A DNA stretch of 63,890 bases, filler included, from Chiloscyllium plagiosum (GCF_004010195.1; 4 parts of one record of this genome joined end to end with filler, not necessarily neighbours in it); one strand, 5' to 3'. Shown: positions 12,791 to 25,948, numbered from the whole stretch's first letter. The notes: a model not told the origin generated them from the letters alone. Program-made: numbers and translations.

Positions 12791-12968
12791 AGATCAAAAA
12801 CAGAAATTGCTGTGAAAGCTCAGCAGGTCTGGCAGTGTCTGTCGAGAGAAATCAGAGGTAATGTTAACTCTGGTTTCTCTCCACAGATATTGCCAGACCT
12901 GCTGAGCTTTCCCAGCAATTTCTGTTTTTTGTTTCTGATTTGTAGTATCTGCAATTCTTTTGGTTTTT
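12791..12968. mobile_element. Short inverted-repeat element, family C, with 10-bp TSD
   Basis: Arms AAAAACAGAAATTGCTG..AAAGCTCAGCAGGTCTGGCA and TGCCAGACCTGCTGAGCTTT..CAGCAATTTCTGTTTTT; TSD ACTAATTCAT at 12781-12790 and 12969-12978. Confidence 0.85.
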
Positions 12969-13524
12969 ACTAATTCATGGTTTTTAGTTCTAGATGTTTG
13001 GACTGTGGAGATTTTTTTCCTTACTCTTTCACAGGATGTGGTTGTTGCCAGCATGGCCTGTCATTTGTTGTCCATTTTTAATTTCCCTTCAACTTGCTCA
13101 GTCACCTCAGATGGCAGTAGTGAGTCTGGAGTTGTATGTAAACCAGATTGGACAAAAATGGCAGATTTGCTTCCCTAAAGGGGATAGAGAGCCATAGAGG
13201 TTTTTAAACCACAATCACTAGTTTCCTGGGCAGCAGTATTGAGACTTGTTTTCAGCTCCAGATTCTATTAACTAAGGCTAAACTCTAGCAGTTACTCTGG
13301 TGAGATTTGACCTTTGTTACTAGAACTGTGACTTGATGCCTGTGAGCCCAGTCATATTACCACTGAACCACTACCTCCCACTACCTTTCAGTGGGATTGT
13401 CATTCCTGGCACATTGACCATCTTAGTGCTGTAACCATAAACAGAAATTAGTAACAAGTTTCCATGCAAAGTTTCCATTTAGCAGACTGCTCTGTTCTAG
13501 TCTGATACTGGAGACAGTCAAATA

Positions 13525-13660
13525 AAGGCAAAATGCTGCAGATGCTGGAAATCTGAAACAAACACAGAGAATGTTGGAGAAACTCAGCAGGGTCTGACAG
13601 CATCTGTGGGAAAAGAAACAGTTAACGTTTTGAGTCCAGCTTGACTGTCCTTTGGAACTG
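13525..13660 (-). mobile_element. Family C short element, single arm
   Basis: CTGCAGATGCTGGAAATCTGAAACA...AACTCAGCAGGGTCTGACAGCATCTGTGG, homologous to the 12791 and 18711 copies. Confidence 0.7.
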
Positions 13661-13859
13661 ATGCTGTAGGCATAAGGATTGCAAGCTAATTACACGTGTG
13701 AAAGACCAGTCAGCCCATCAAGATTCATCCACCAGCAAGGCTGTGCTATCCCTCATCCTGGGGCATCCAACTTATTATTAGACAGTTCCAGGACTTTCAA
13801 ACTCAGTGAATCTGTTGGTCTGTGTGTTTAAGCAAACTGAAAAGTTTGGAAGATATTAT

Positions 13860-14140
13860 AACCAGGGTGGGAGGAGTCTTTGATCATGTTGAATTGAATT
13901 GAATTGAATTTATTGTCACGTGTACCGAGGCACAGTGAAAAGCTTTGTCTTGTGAGTAATACAGGCAGATCACAGAGTTAAGTAGCTAGTTGGCTTTCTA
14001 AGGCAGTGGGAAGTGTAGATTGAGTTCATGGATGGAAGGTTGACTTTCATGATGGACTGGGCTGTGTATAGTTTCTTATGGTCCTGGGGAGAACAGTTGC
14101 CATATCAATGCATCCAGATAGAATGTTTTCTATCCGCATT
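13860..14140 (-). mobile_element. LINE fragments (Rex/Babar-like) including a (TTGAA)n-tailed 3' end
   Basis: (TTGAA)4 at about 13889-13910 followed by TTTATTGTCACGTGTACC, a typical minus-strand LINE tail. Clade assignment is tentative. Confidence 0.45.
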
Positions 14141-14692
14141 GAATTTGAAAAAACATACAATGCGGAGGAGAGTCTTCTAAAATAGGAAGAATTGAACAGC
14201 AAAAAATGTCATGGAAAGTTTATGCAGATCCTTGACTTTTTTTACTCATTGGATGTGGATATCATTGGCTAAGCCAGCAATTATTGCCTAACTACCCATC
14301 AGGTGGCTTGCTATGACCATTTCAGAGTCAATAACATTACTATGGGACCAGAATCACATGTAGCTCACTCCAGGTACAGATAACAGATTTCCTTCCAAAG
14401 GGAATTTCCATCTGCCACAGTGAGGTATGAATCCAAGTCCCCAGCCACCAACTTGAGTGTCGGGATTGCTCATCAATAACTGCATCACTGCACTATTACC
14501 AATCCCTAAACATAGATGCTGCTGGACTTGCTGGGTTCTTCCAAAACCTTTCATTCTCATTTCAGATTTTCAACATCTGCAATATTTTGCTTTTGCATAG
14601 TTAGACCACACTTGGAGTACTGTAAATTGTTTGGTCTCTTTAGTATTGAATTTATTCATTCGTGGAATGTGGATATTGAAGCCAGCATCTAT

Positions 14693-15437
14693 TGTTACGA
14701 CATGGGGCAAACCCTTCTGCTAATTTGAACTGGAACCACAGGAAAACTCACCTCACCTCATAATCTGTTAAAATATGAGCGACAAAGAACTACAAAAGTC
14801 CCTCAATGTGAAGAAAACGATTAACAATTTATTCTTTAACTTCAAGAAACACAAGAACATTAAACAACAAATATCCCCACTGTAATCCTCCTTTGTCTGA
14901 TCAATTTATCTACCTCCCACTCTACAACTCTACACTCTGATTAAAAAAAGCCTGATTAAGTTTAACAAAAAACCATCAAATTTCAAACCCAGTCAGTTGT
15001 CACTGTTCCCTTGGTATCTTTGTCTGTACTTTCCTGGGTCTTTTCTTCGGTCTTCTGCTTCACAACTTTCATACGAAAAGGTATCTTTCAGAGAGAGGTT
15101 CTGCAAGCTGGATTTTCATTGATGCTCTTTGCTGCTCTGCCTAACTGTTCAGAATACCCGATTTTATATACCTCAAAACATCAGACCGGCTCATTGATTT
15201 GATGCCATCAAAAAGAGTAAAATTCAAATTTGATTGGATTTTGGTATCTTGGGGCATAATTTAAACTGATTGGCCAAATTCGAATTTGCTATGTACCTTG
15301 GCAACACAGCTCCAGCTATTTGTTTCACAAACAAGTGTTACATTTTTAAATTTTTCAGCACACTCCATGCCTTTCTAGGTCTGTGCCAGTTTCCACTCTC
15401 TCTTAAAGTTACAGTATACACTTACACCTTCATAATG
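14693..15437 (-). mobile_element. Solo LTR (Gypsy/ERV-like), 745 bp
   Basis: Begins TGTTACGA and ends TTCATAATG (terminal CA apparently mutated); flanked by CTAT at 14689-14692 and 15438-15441; interrupts an older LINE 3' end. Confidence 0.7.
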
Positions 15438-15485
15438 CTATTAACCATTACAAAGTGCTTTGAGAAGGTAGAACTGAGCTGCTTT

Positions 15486-15900
15486 ATAGAGTCATAGGGT
15501 CATAGAGATGTACAGCATGGAAATAGACCCATTGGTTCAACTTGTCCAAGGCAACCAGATATCCTCATCTAATCCCATTTGCCAGCATTTGGCCCATATG
15601 CCTCTAAACCCTTCTTATTTATATATCCATCTAAATGCCTTTTAAATGTGTAATTGTACCAACCTCCACCACTTCCTCTGGCAGCTCATTCCCCACATGC
15701 ACCACCCTCCATGTGAAAACATTGTCCTTTAAGATCCTTTTTCAATCTTTCCCTTCCCACCTTAAACCTATATTCTCTAGTTCTGGATTCCCCTACCGTG
15801 GGAAAAAAAGATCTTGTTTATTCACCCTACCTATGCCCCTCATGATTTTATAACCCTCTGGAAGGTCACCCCTCAGTCTGAGACACTCCAAGGAAAACAA
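15486..15900 (-). mobile_element. CR1 3' fragment
   Basis: Reverse complement of the CR1 tail plus LRGDL..YKIMRG coding remnant. Confidence 0.9.
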
Positions 15901-17745
15901 TCTTCTTGAATTGCTGCAATTCAAGTACGGATTGATCCACAATGCCTTTAGGAAGGGATTTCCAGGATTTTGACCCAACAACAGTCAAGGAACTACATTA
16001 TATTTCCAGCTTAGGATGGTAAGTGGGCTTGAGGGGCAATTGCAGATCATAATGTTCCCATATATCTACTGCCTTTGTCCTTCTAGATGGTAATGATTGT
16101 AGGTTTTGAAGGTGCTGTCTAAGGATATTTGGTGAATTTCTGCAGTGCATCTTGCAAATGGTCCACACTGCTGCTACTGAGCATCAGAGGTGAAGGGAGT
16201 GGATGTTTGCTAATGTGGTGACAATCAAGTAGGCTGCTTTGTCCTGGACAGTGTCAAACCTCTTCAGTTGTTGGAGTTACACTCTTTGAGGCAAGTACGA
16301 TGTATTCCATCACACTCCTGACTTTATGTCTGCTGGATAATGGACAGGTTTTGGAGAGACTGGAGTTAAATTATTCACGTAGCATTCCTAGCCCCTGACC
16401 TGTTCTTGTAGCCTCAGTGTTTAGCTGACTATTCCATTTCAGCTTCTGGGCAATGGTAATGGAGAGAATGTTGATAATGGGGGATTCAGTGATAGTGATT
16501 ACATGTCAAGGGAGTGAAGGTTAGACTCTCTTGTTTGAGCTGACTAATGCCAGGCACTTGTGTGACATGAATATCAGATGCCACTCATCAAACTATGCCT
16601 GTTGTCCGAATCTTGCTGCGTTTGGACATGGACTCCTCAGACTCTAGCAGTCCATGCCCAAAAGCAACAAGACCCAGACTGCTTAAGTTGAGAGAGATAC
16701 TTAAACATTGATTATTGTACAATGGATATTCCCAAGTGTGATTTATGATTTGGGCAGGTCATTGATGCAGTAGTTGAAGATGGTTAGACCTGGGACATTA
16801 TCCTGAGGACTTCCTGAAGAGACATTCTGGTGCTGAGATGATTCACTGCAGCAATGACAACCATCTGCTAGATATGACTATGACCAATTCCCTAATTCCC
16901 ATTTATTCCAGTTTTCCTAGGTGTGCTTAATGCCATACTCAATGCTGCTTTAATGTCAAGAACAGTCATTCTCACCTAACTTCTGGAGTTCAGCCTTTTT
17001 GTCTTCCTGAGACCAAGACTACATGGGAATCTGGAGTCAAATGGATTGTTAGAAACTGAGATGAAATTTAATTGACCAGGTTATCTCTTTGCAATTGCTG
17101 CTTAATGGCACCAACAATACATCCTTTGTTTATGATTGAGAATGGTATTGTATTGGTTTGAATTTGTCTTGCCTTTTTTGCATCAAGGATATAACTGGGC
17201 AATTTTCCACATTGTCAGGTAGATGCCAGTGTTGGAGTTGTACTGGAAAAACTTGGCTAGGGATGCAGTAAGTTTTGCACTAGTGCCAGAATCTTGTCAG
17301 AGCCCACAGCCTTTGCAGTATCCAGTACCTCTAGCAATTTCTTGGTATTACATGGAGTGAATCAAGTAGCTGAAGATGAGCATTTGTGATGCAAGGAACC
17401 TCTGTTGGAGGCTGAGATGGATCATCCACTTGGGACTTCTGTTTAAACATATTGCAAATGCTTCAGCTTTATCTTTTGTACTGATGTGATGGTCTCTCCC
17501 AACACTGAGACTGGGGAATATTTGTGGTGCCTCGTACACCATTCACAACTGGTTTTAGCAACTTACATCTGATCCATTAGTTTGGGGATAACTTAGCCTG
17601 CTTCCATTTCTTGGCAAACAGGTAGTCTTGTGTTGTAGTTTCTCCAGACTACCTCATTTTCAGGTGTCCCTGGTGTTGCTCCTGACATGCCCTCTCTACT
17701 CTTCTTTGAACTGGGGTATGTCCCCTGGCCTGATATAAATGGGAG
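15900..17745 (-). mobile_element. Old CR1/L2-group LINE remnant
   Basis: Collinear similarity with 23960-25640, whose minus strand encodes an RT motif; KDKAEAFA peptide in the 17348-17542 ORF. Confidence 0.7.
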
Positions 17746-17915
17746 AGTGAGGGATCTTTGTTACTTGTTTATGGGGTCTGGGTCTTGCTGGCTAGTCAGC
17801 ATTTATTGCCCTCTCCTAATTGCCCAAAAGTTCACCCAGATTGTTGTGGGTCTGGAGTCACACATGGGCCACACCAAGTAATTGTATCTCTTCACCCCGT
17901 TGGCTCACAAGCCTG

Positions 17916-18009
17916 ATTCCTGATGAAGGGCTCTTGCCCGAAACATTGATTCTCCTGCTCCTTGGATGCTGCCTGACTTGCTGTGCTTTTCCAGCACCTC
18001 ACTCTTGAC
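17916..18009 (+). mobile_element. Family A short element with hammerhead core
   Basis: ATTC-CTGATGA-A-GGGC-tctt-GCCC-GAAA-CATT-GATT followed by the family A tail. Confidence 0.8.
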
Positions 18010-18303
18010 AGTGATCACAGATGTCCTTTCCTAACAGACATTAATGAACCTGAGGGGCTGGTATGACAATCAACAATGGTTTCATGGCTGCCATAACTTT
18101 GTTTTTTCTCCCCTTGCAGCATTTCATTAAATTCATATATTTCACAATCTGCTGTGTCCTCAATATGAAGAAAGGACTTTGACTCCACAGTGATTGTGTA
18201 GTTGTCATTCTTATCAATAGTTTCATGGGCAGAAGAATCTCTGACAGGTAGACTTGTGAGGATGAGTTTTCCAGCTTATTAGTTGCCTCCCAACCTGCCA
18301 TAG

Positions 18304-18550
18304 TCTAGAAACATAGAAAGTAGGAACAGGGGAAGGCCATTCAGCCTTTTGAGCCTGCTCCACTGTTCAATATGATCATGGCTGATTCTCCATCTTAATG
18401 CTATATTCAACTTTGCCTTTGAAATCTTAAAAATTATTAATCTGGTTATTGAAAACATTCAATGACTTGGCCTCCAAAGCCTTCTGTGGAGGAGATTTCC
18501 ACAGGTTCACTACCCTTTGAGTGAAGAGATAGTTACATATCTCAGTCCTG
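18304..18550 (-). mobile_element. CR1 3' fragment (second subfamily)
   Basis: TAGAAACATAGAAAGTAGGAACAGG...GGCCATTCAGCC tail; homologous to 52272-52630. Confidence 0.75.
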
Positions 18551-18551
18551 A

Positions 18552-19108
18552 ATCATAGAATAGAATTCTTACAGTGCAAAAGCCAGCCATTCAGCCCATC
18601 CAGTCCACACCAACCTTCTAAAGAACAATCCACCTAGACTCACACTCCCTACCCTAATCCTGTACCCCTGCATTTCCCATTGCTAATCCACCCAGACTGT
18701 ACATCCCTTGAACAAAAACAAAGGTTGGTAGTAAAGCTCAGCAGGTCTGGCAGCATTGTGAAGAGAGATCAGAGTTAATGTTGCAGGTCCAGTGAACGAT
18801 CACTGGACCCGGAACACAAACTCTGATTTCTCTTCACAGATGCTGCCAGACCTGCTGAGCTTTTCCACCAACTTCTGTTTTTGTTTCTGATTTACAGCAT
18901 CTGCAGTTCTTTTGGTTTTTATTCTGTACATCCCTGGACAATTTAGCCTGCCTAATCAAAGTAACCTGTGGGAGGAAACTAGAGAATTCCCACACAGATG
19001 CAAGGAAAATGTGCAAACCCCACATAGACGCTCACCAGAGCTGGAATCAAGCCCAGGTCTCCTGCATTGTTAGGCAGCAGTGCTAACTACTGAGCCACCA
19101 TGCCATCC
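18552..19108 (-). mobile_element. HE1-related V-SINE interrupted by a family C element
   Basis: tRNA head at about 19040-19108 and tail at about 18552-18700. Confidence 0.8.
18709..18923. mobile_element. Family C inverted-repeat element with 12-bp TSD
   Basis: Arms of about 85 bp centred on GGTCCAGTGAACGATCACTGGACC; TSD CTGTACATCCCT at 18697-18708 and 18924-18935. Confidence 0.88.
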
Positions 19109-19530
19109 ATGGTCTACACTGTACCCTGTGATAGTGTCTAAAAGCTATTTCCTTAGCTAGCTTTGTTAGCAGTGATTACACTGTGTTACTGTTTGTATAA
19201 TATCCTACCCAGTGCGCACTCTTTGCCCTTGCCATCCTCCAAGCTGTGTCCAACATGGAAAAATACTGATTCATCAGCTGAAGGGCCGTGGTACATCATA
19301 ATTAGCAGGAGGATTTCTTATCGACACTCGACCTGACATCATGAAACATCATGGGGTCCAGACTCAATGCTTGTTGGACAGGAGATACCCAGGAAGTGTC
19401 CAGAACACTCTTAAGATAAAATTCCATGCGATGACAATAGCAAGTGTTTGCTGGTTCATCCGTCCCAAATTTTGGCATAAATCCATAAAGGATACGAAGA
19501 AGGACTTTGTAGGGGGTTGACAGGGTTATG

Positions 19531-19756
19531 GTCTAGATTAGAGTGGCGCTGGAAAAGCACAGCAGGTCAGGCAGCATCTGAGGAGCAGGAAAATTGATGT
19601 TCCAGGCAAAAGCCCTTCACTTCAGTCCTGATGAAAGGCTTTTGCCTGAAACGTCAATTTTCCTGCTCCTCAGATGCTGCCTGACCTGCTGTGCTTTTCC
19701 AGCACCACTCTAATCTAGACTCTGATTTCCAGCATCTGCAGTCCTTACTGTTGCCT
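19531..19756. mobile_element. Family A inverted-repeat element with hammerhead and 16-bp TSD
   Basis: Arms GTCTAGATTAGAGTGG... and ...CCACTCTAATCTAGAC (19531-19720) plus tail; TSD GGTTGACA(G/A)GGTTATG at 19515-19530 and 19757-19772. Confidence 0.9.
19625..19659 (+). ncRNA. Minimal hammerhead ribozyme
   Basis: CTGATGA(19628-19634)-A-AGGC-tttt-GCCT-GAAA-CGTC. Stem I is weak. Confidence 0.65.
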
Positions 19757-22458
19757 GGTTGACAAGGTTATGTTTGCAGTCATCACTTCCCATGCCTTGC
19801 TTGATACCAGATGGTCTGTCCAGTTTGATTCCTGTTTATAATGCTTTCTTGTGGGTTTAGATTAAATTGACTGTCTTACAAGACCATTCAGTGGCCAGTT
19901 CAGTCCTCAACTGGAGTCATATTTAGGCCAGACTAGATAATGGCAACTGATTTCCTTCCCTTGAGAACATTAATGAATCACATGAGTTTCTACAACAACA
20001 AGTACCTGGTTGCCATTGGGCTAGTGTTTAATTCGCAATTTCACCATCTACCATAAGAACATAACACAAGAAATAGGAACAGGAGCCATCTAGCCTCTCA
20101 AGCTGGGCCTGCCCTGATGGGACTTAAACCCAAGGCTAATAATCTGGCATTTTCTGATTACTGTTTAAGTGGCATTCCCACAAAATCACAACCTCCCTTC
20201 CATGCTTATGAGAAGAATATAGAGGAAACAAAGCAGTTACAAAAAAAAGCTTGACTGGAATGTTAGCAAAATGGAGCGATCATAACTATCAGGGAAACTA
20301 GGGCTCTATTCTCTTGAAAACAAAAGATTTAGATGTCACCTGATGGAGAATATGAAAGAATTTAATGGGGTCGACTCCGAGAAAGAAAATCCTCTTCAGA
20401 TTGAGACTAGAACTGGAAATAATAAATATAAGACAGTCACTGGCAAACACAAAAGGGAGTTCAGCAGAAGCTTCTTTACTTGAATCCCAAATAGTTATTG
20501 CACAGAAGGAGGCCATTCAGCCTGTCATGCCTTTGCTAACTTTTACCTGGTGACACTTTCCTGCCTTTTCTCTGTAGCCTACTCATTTGTCATTTTTGGA
20601 TAAATATGAAGTTAGATTAAAGAGGGTAAGTGTTTGTGCAAACCATAAACACCAACTTAGGCTGTTGGGTCAAATGGCCCATTTTAACCAATTTAATATC
20701 TAAGGTCACATCATGGGTATTAACTGCAGAATTATATCAGTCCCTAGTCTTATTCAAATGCTTTTTTTTGTTTTGGTCAACATTCAACTTTCTTTGAACA
20801 AAAATTTGCAACTCGCAATTAATTCGAGTTACTTTTGGTTCTCGCAGCAAATGTGTACTATTGAACAAGCATCAAAGATTAGCAACGGGAAATGCAGTGA
20901 GTAGTTTGCCACCAACACGTTCTGACTGTCTTTAGAAAGAATAAGGGAACTGTTCTACAGCGTAGACATTCAGGATGTTTTTTTGCCTAGCAATTGTCGT
21001 GGTTGTCAGGTTAAATCATAGGGCCAGGCCTGGATTAGATAGAGACAGGCTTATCATGAGCCGGGAAAACAGCATCACAGGACTGATAGCTCTGACATGG
21101 GGCCTTGTTTAAAAGCAATGACTCACTTCAGGGCCGCCCCAGATCCTTGGCCCTGTCCACCAGCCTCCAAACCAGTTATTAGCAGTCGAATGTTGAGCTT
21201 GCGTGCCTCCCACTGATTATGCTGGGAGTCGGGAGGAGATGGGGGGTGGTGGGTTCGGAGTGTGCTCAGGATGGGGGGTGGGGTTAGGGTTAACAGTGGA
21301 GATTCTTTGCTAATAGACATTCATCATCATTTATCAGTGGATAGGATGCTTTCTCTAAGTGAAAATGACTTAAAAGACCTTGGGTTATGAGTTGATTTAA
21401 TTTTTGCAGAGGTTGTTAGCTGAAGATCCATTGACTCTGAGGGGAATTGATTGTAAAGTGAAGAATTAATTTTTGGCATCGCTTAGACATGCATTTGCCG
21501 CCCGATCTTGTGCCCCTCTGTGAATCATGGGCTGAATTGTTGTGGTGTCACTCAACATTCTTTGCTCTCAAATCTAAGCATTTTGGAATGCACTGTCCAA
21601 AATCCGAAAAGAAGACGTTATGTTCAGTACTGAAATTTTAGCAAAAGCCAACATCCTTTCTCTGCTGAAGCGAGAAATTACATAAGGCCGCATTTAATTT
21701 ATTGAGGCAAGGGAAGCACATATTTGATTTTTCCAATGCAAAAAACATCAGACCATAAATTTCAATTGATCCGGGACTGACAAAGAGTCTTCCTATCCTT
21801 TGGGCAAACGAGTTGGGATCACAGACCATGCATTTGAATATTCCTGCAAACTGTATCATCCATGTGGATGGCTGCTTGTGAAGTTTTAAATTAAGGAAAA
21901 TAAATGAACTACTTGGTGGTGGGCAGGAGGGCAGGGGGAGGCTGGGGCAGTGGCTGGTATACACAAACCATTAAAAGAAGCAAGATTCTTTTACAAGAAA
22001 GCTAAACGGAGCAATCATGCTTCTAAAGATAGGTACAATTTGATGGTCCCTTCCAGGCAAACAGACAATTATTGGCCAGACAACTAATCCCCTGTTTCTT
22101 TAGCCTGGACCCTGCCTGAATGTTCAGAATGTAACGGCTCTTAATAATTATAAATGGACTTTTCGGTGGTACTGTAATTCTTGTCTCTTGGCTTTCAATT
22201 AATATAGCAGAAGATAGACAGCAAGTCATTTTCATGAATACCCTTTTACATGGATTCATAACAATGCATGGTACTATTCTGAAGGGAAAAAAATGACTGA
22301 ACGTACTGCTCCATAAATTCATTGATAAAATTCAACCCCTTTCATCGTATGAAATGTTGTATGTTGCAATTGCCCTAACTCAACTGTGTACTTTATAAAA
22401 TTATAAAATAAAGGGATTGAAGTGCAGCATGCTGTTGTCAGGCTGAAATTAGAATCTG

Positions 22459-22588
22459 AGGAGAAAGTGAGGTCTGCAGATGCTGGAGATCAGAGCTGAA
22501 AATGTGTTGCTGGAAAAGCGCAACAGGTCAGGCAGCATTCAGGGAACAGGAGAATCGACGTTTCGGGCATAAGCCCTTCTTCAGGAAT
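22459..22588 (-). mobile_element. Family A short element with intact hammerhead and 12-bp TSD
   Basis: TSD AATTAG(A/T)ATCTG at 22447-22458 and 22586-22597. Confidence 0.85.
22553..22588 (-). ncRNA. Minimal type I hammerhead ribozyme
   Basis: Minus strand reads ATTC-CTGAAGA-A-GGGC-ttat-GCCC-GAAA-CGTC-GATT. Confidence 0.78.
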
Positions 22589-22889
22589 TAGTATCTGTCT
22601 TGTTTCCAGTTTTTGAGCATGCCTTAAATCACCTCCCCTTTCTTTTAAAAAGTAAATTTCACAAATTAACAATAAATTCTGATTCAGTTAATCCCTTCTG
22701 TGTGACAGATTGAGAGCATGGCAGAGTAGCTGGACTAAAAAGGACAGGACAGAAACCTTTCCCCAGTTATAGTGACCTTCTTTGTGCCTCAATCTAAGCT
22801 GGAGGTTTTGATAACCACTACCTTCGGTCCTAGTGCTTTCAGGAGGAGATTAACAACTGTGCAAACTCATTAGGCTGGAGAGTCCTTCG

Positions 22890-23275
22890 AAGTGAGTCAG
22901 TATTTGCAGCTGGTCTCAGGGAGTGTGCTTATGTTTGCATTTGGTCACTGGAGTGTGTCGATATTTACAGGTGGTCACTGGCAGCGAGTCGGTATTTAGA
23001 GGTGATCACTGGGAGTGTGCCAACATTTACAAATGAATTTGGGGAGTGTGTCAGTGCTTCGAAATGAATTTGGGGAGTGTTTTAGTGTTTTCAAATTAAT
23101 TCGGGGAATGTGCCAGTGCTTTCAGCTGAATATGGGGAGTGTGTCAGTGTTTTGAAATGAATTTGGAGAGTGTGCCAGTGTTTTTCAGATGAATTTGGAG
23201 AAGGTCTCAATACTTCTGCACATCAGTGGGAGCACGTCAGTGTTTGTGGTCATCTCTGGGGATGCGTCAGTACTT
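22890..23275 (+). repeat. Degenerate minisatellite, unit about 30 bp
   Basis: About 12 units resembling GGGGAGTGTGTCAGTGTTTTCAAATGAATTT. Confidence 0.85.
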
Positions 23276-23639
23276 GTGGTGAAAGAAAAGGAAGACACGA
23301 CAAATTTAAAAAGGTATTCCCAGATGGGTGAGTTCAGCTAAGACGAACACCAACACATTTTCTGTTAACAAAAGGGAGAAAAGAAATAAGCAAACTCAAT
23401 AGGGACTGAGATTTCTATCAGTAAGGTGACTGGAAAGCATGTCGAGAGCTATTATAACAGTAACAGATTCTGACAGGAGAAAGCCTTTGGTATCTGCTCA
23501 TGCAGCTATAATATTCATTTGGTATATTTCTAATTATGTGGCAACCCATTTGTTGATGGGAACCTGTCTACTTCATTCTTTAAGCAGAATAATGCATCAC
23601 ATGACTGCAGATTTTTTTTCCATAAATTAGTATGACACA

Positions 23640-23925
23640 GGCGGCATGGTGGCTCAGTGGTTAGCACTGCTGCCTCACAATAGCAGGGACCAGGTTCGAT
23701 TCCAGCCTCGGGTGAATGTTTGTGTGGGTTTCCTCCGGGTCCACCGGCTTCTTCCCGCACTCCAAAGATGTGCAGGTCAGGTGAATTGGCCATGCTAAAT
23801 TGCCCATAGTGTTAGGTGCATTAGTCAGAGGGAAATGGATCTGGGTGGGTAACTCTTCGGAGGGTCGGTGTGGCCTTGTTGGGCCGAAGGGCCTGTTTCC
23901 ACACTGTAGGGGAATCTAATCTAAT
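23640..23925 (+). mobile_element. HE1-type V-SINE
   Basis: A box TGGCTCAGTGG at 23650-23660, B box GGTTCGATTCC at 23693-23703, (AATCT)n tail. Confidence 0.92.
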
Positions 23926-23959
23926 CCACTATTAGGTAAACATAATTTGCCTTTCTTTT

Positions 23960-25640
23960 TTTGTTTATTGATAGGATGTGGGTATCACTGGCAAGGCCAA
24001 CATTTTATTGACATTCCTAATTGTCATGTAGAAGGTGGTGGTGAGCTACAATCTTGAACTGCTGCAATCCTTAAGTTGTAGACAGATCTACAGTGCTGTT
24101 AGGAAGAAGGTATCAGGATATTCATACGATGACTGTGATATATTCTCAAGTCAGGATGTTGCGTGGCTTGGAGAGGAACTTGCATGTGGTGGTGCTGCCA
24201 TGTATCTGCTGCCCTTGTCTATCCAGGTGGTAGAGGTGGCGTGTTTAGAAGATGTTATTGAGGAGATTTGATCTTGAAGATGGTATACACTGCTGCCACT
24301 GTGCATTGGTGGAGAAAGGAGCGAATGTTGAAGGTGGATGGGTGTCAGTCAACCTCAAGGTGAATAGGGTATGCTTTGTCCTCAATGGTGTAGGGCTTCT
24401 GCAATGATGTTGGAACTGTAGCCATCTGGGTAAGTGGTGATTATGCCACCATACTCCTGAAGGTGAATTGTAGATTATGTCTGGGGAATAAATTACTTGC
24501 TGCAGGATATATTGCAGAGATGATATTTCTATGGCTAATCCAGATTAGTTTCTAGTCAATGGTAACATCAGGATGTTGATATTGGAGATTTCAGTGTTAG
24601 CAATACCATGGAACCTCAAAGGACAGTGACTAAATTCTCATTTGTTTTAAATGGCCATTGCCTGACACTTGTGTGGTGTGAATGACACTTGCCACTGGTC
24701 AGCCCAAACCTGGATATTGTCCAAATCTTGCTGTATTTGGACATGGATTATTTCAGTAGTTGAGGAGCAGTGAATGATGCTGAACATTGTACAATCATCA
24801 GTGAACATCCCCACTTTTGACCTTGTGATGGAGGGAAGGTCATTGATGAAACAGCTAAAGGTGTTTTGGTGTAGGACACTCCCCTGAGGAATGTCCTTGG
24901 ACTGTGATTCTTGATCTCCACCAATCACAAACACATTCCTTTGTGACAGATTTGACTCCAGCCAGCAGAGAGTTTTCCCCTGATTCCCAATGACTCCAGT
25001 TTTACTCAGCTCTGTGATGTTTCACTTGGTCGAATTTGGCCTTTATGTCAAGGCAATCACTTTCACCTCACTTCTGGATTTAGTTCTTTTGTCCATGCTT
25101 GGATCAGAACTATAATGAGATGAAGAGTTGAGTTACACTGGCAGATCCCAAACTGAGCATCAGTTTGTAAATACTGCTCGATACCACTGCTGATGACTCC
25201 TTCAACAACTTTGCTGCTGACTGTTAAGTGGTAAGTGGTAAGGTTGAATTTATCCTGTCTTTTGTGCACAAGACATATTTGGGTAATTTTCACAATGTCA
25301 CGCAGATGTTGTAACTGTGCTGGAACATATCGGTGAGAGGCATGACTAGTTCGACAGCAAAGTCTTCAGTATTGCCAGAACATGTTGAGAGTGTCCATGG
25401 CCTTTATTATACCCAGGGCTTTTAACTGTTTTTGATATCATATTGCATGAATCAAATGGGTTGACGACTGTCATCTATGATGCCAGGGACTTCAGGAGGA
25501 AGCTGAGATGGTCCAGCCACTTGGCATGAGGTGAAAGCAAATGCTTCACTAGGGTGCCCCATTGTTGAGGATGGAGATATTTATGGAGTCTTCTCCTCTG
25601 GTTAATTCTTATGTTATTCATCATCATTCACAACAGGATG
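23960..25640 (-). mobile_element. Old CR1/L2-group LINE remnant with RT
   Basis: PQGSVL...FINDLP...MFTDDCT...QQDLDNIQVWADQWQVSF..HKC in the 24647-24934 ORF. Confidence 0.85.
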
Positions 25641-25861
25641 TCATAGAGTCATAGGGGCAGACTGATGGTGCATCCATCAGCTCACTGCCGTCCTTTCCTT
25701 CAGAGCAAGTAGAAAGGAGGTAAGCTGTCAGCTCCCTATAAATTTCTGCTCAGTTCTTCTGTGGGACATCCTTCCAGTAACTGCACATCCTCTTTGAAAT
25801 ATGGAACAAACTTGTCCCCAGTACCCTAGATGAGATCCCACCAGGACCAGATAGAGATCAA

Positions 25862-25948
25862 AGCTACCTGATGAAGAAGCAGCGCTCCAAAAGCTTATAC
25901 TTCCAGATAAACCTGTGGGGCTATAACCTGTTGTTGTGTGATTTTTAT
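25862..25948 (+). mobile_element. Family B short hammerhead-derived element (degenerate)
   Basis: AGCTACCTGATGAAGAAGCAGCGCTCCAAAAGCTT...AAACCTGT...CTATAACCTG; homologous to the 39342 and 56372 copies. Confidence 0.7.

Noticed and set aside
22890..23275. Array of about 30-bp units as a possible CRISPR
   Set aside because: Contiguous degenerate units without unique spacers, eukaryotic context and no cas genes.
23640..23712. tRNA-like sequence (also at other SINE heads)
   Set aside because: SINE heads continuing into the V-domain; not standalone tRNA genes.
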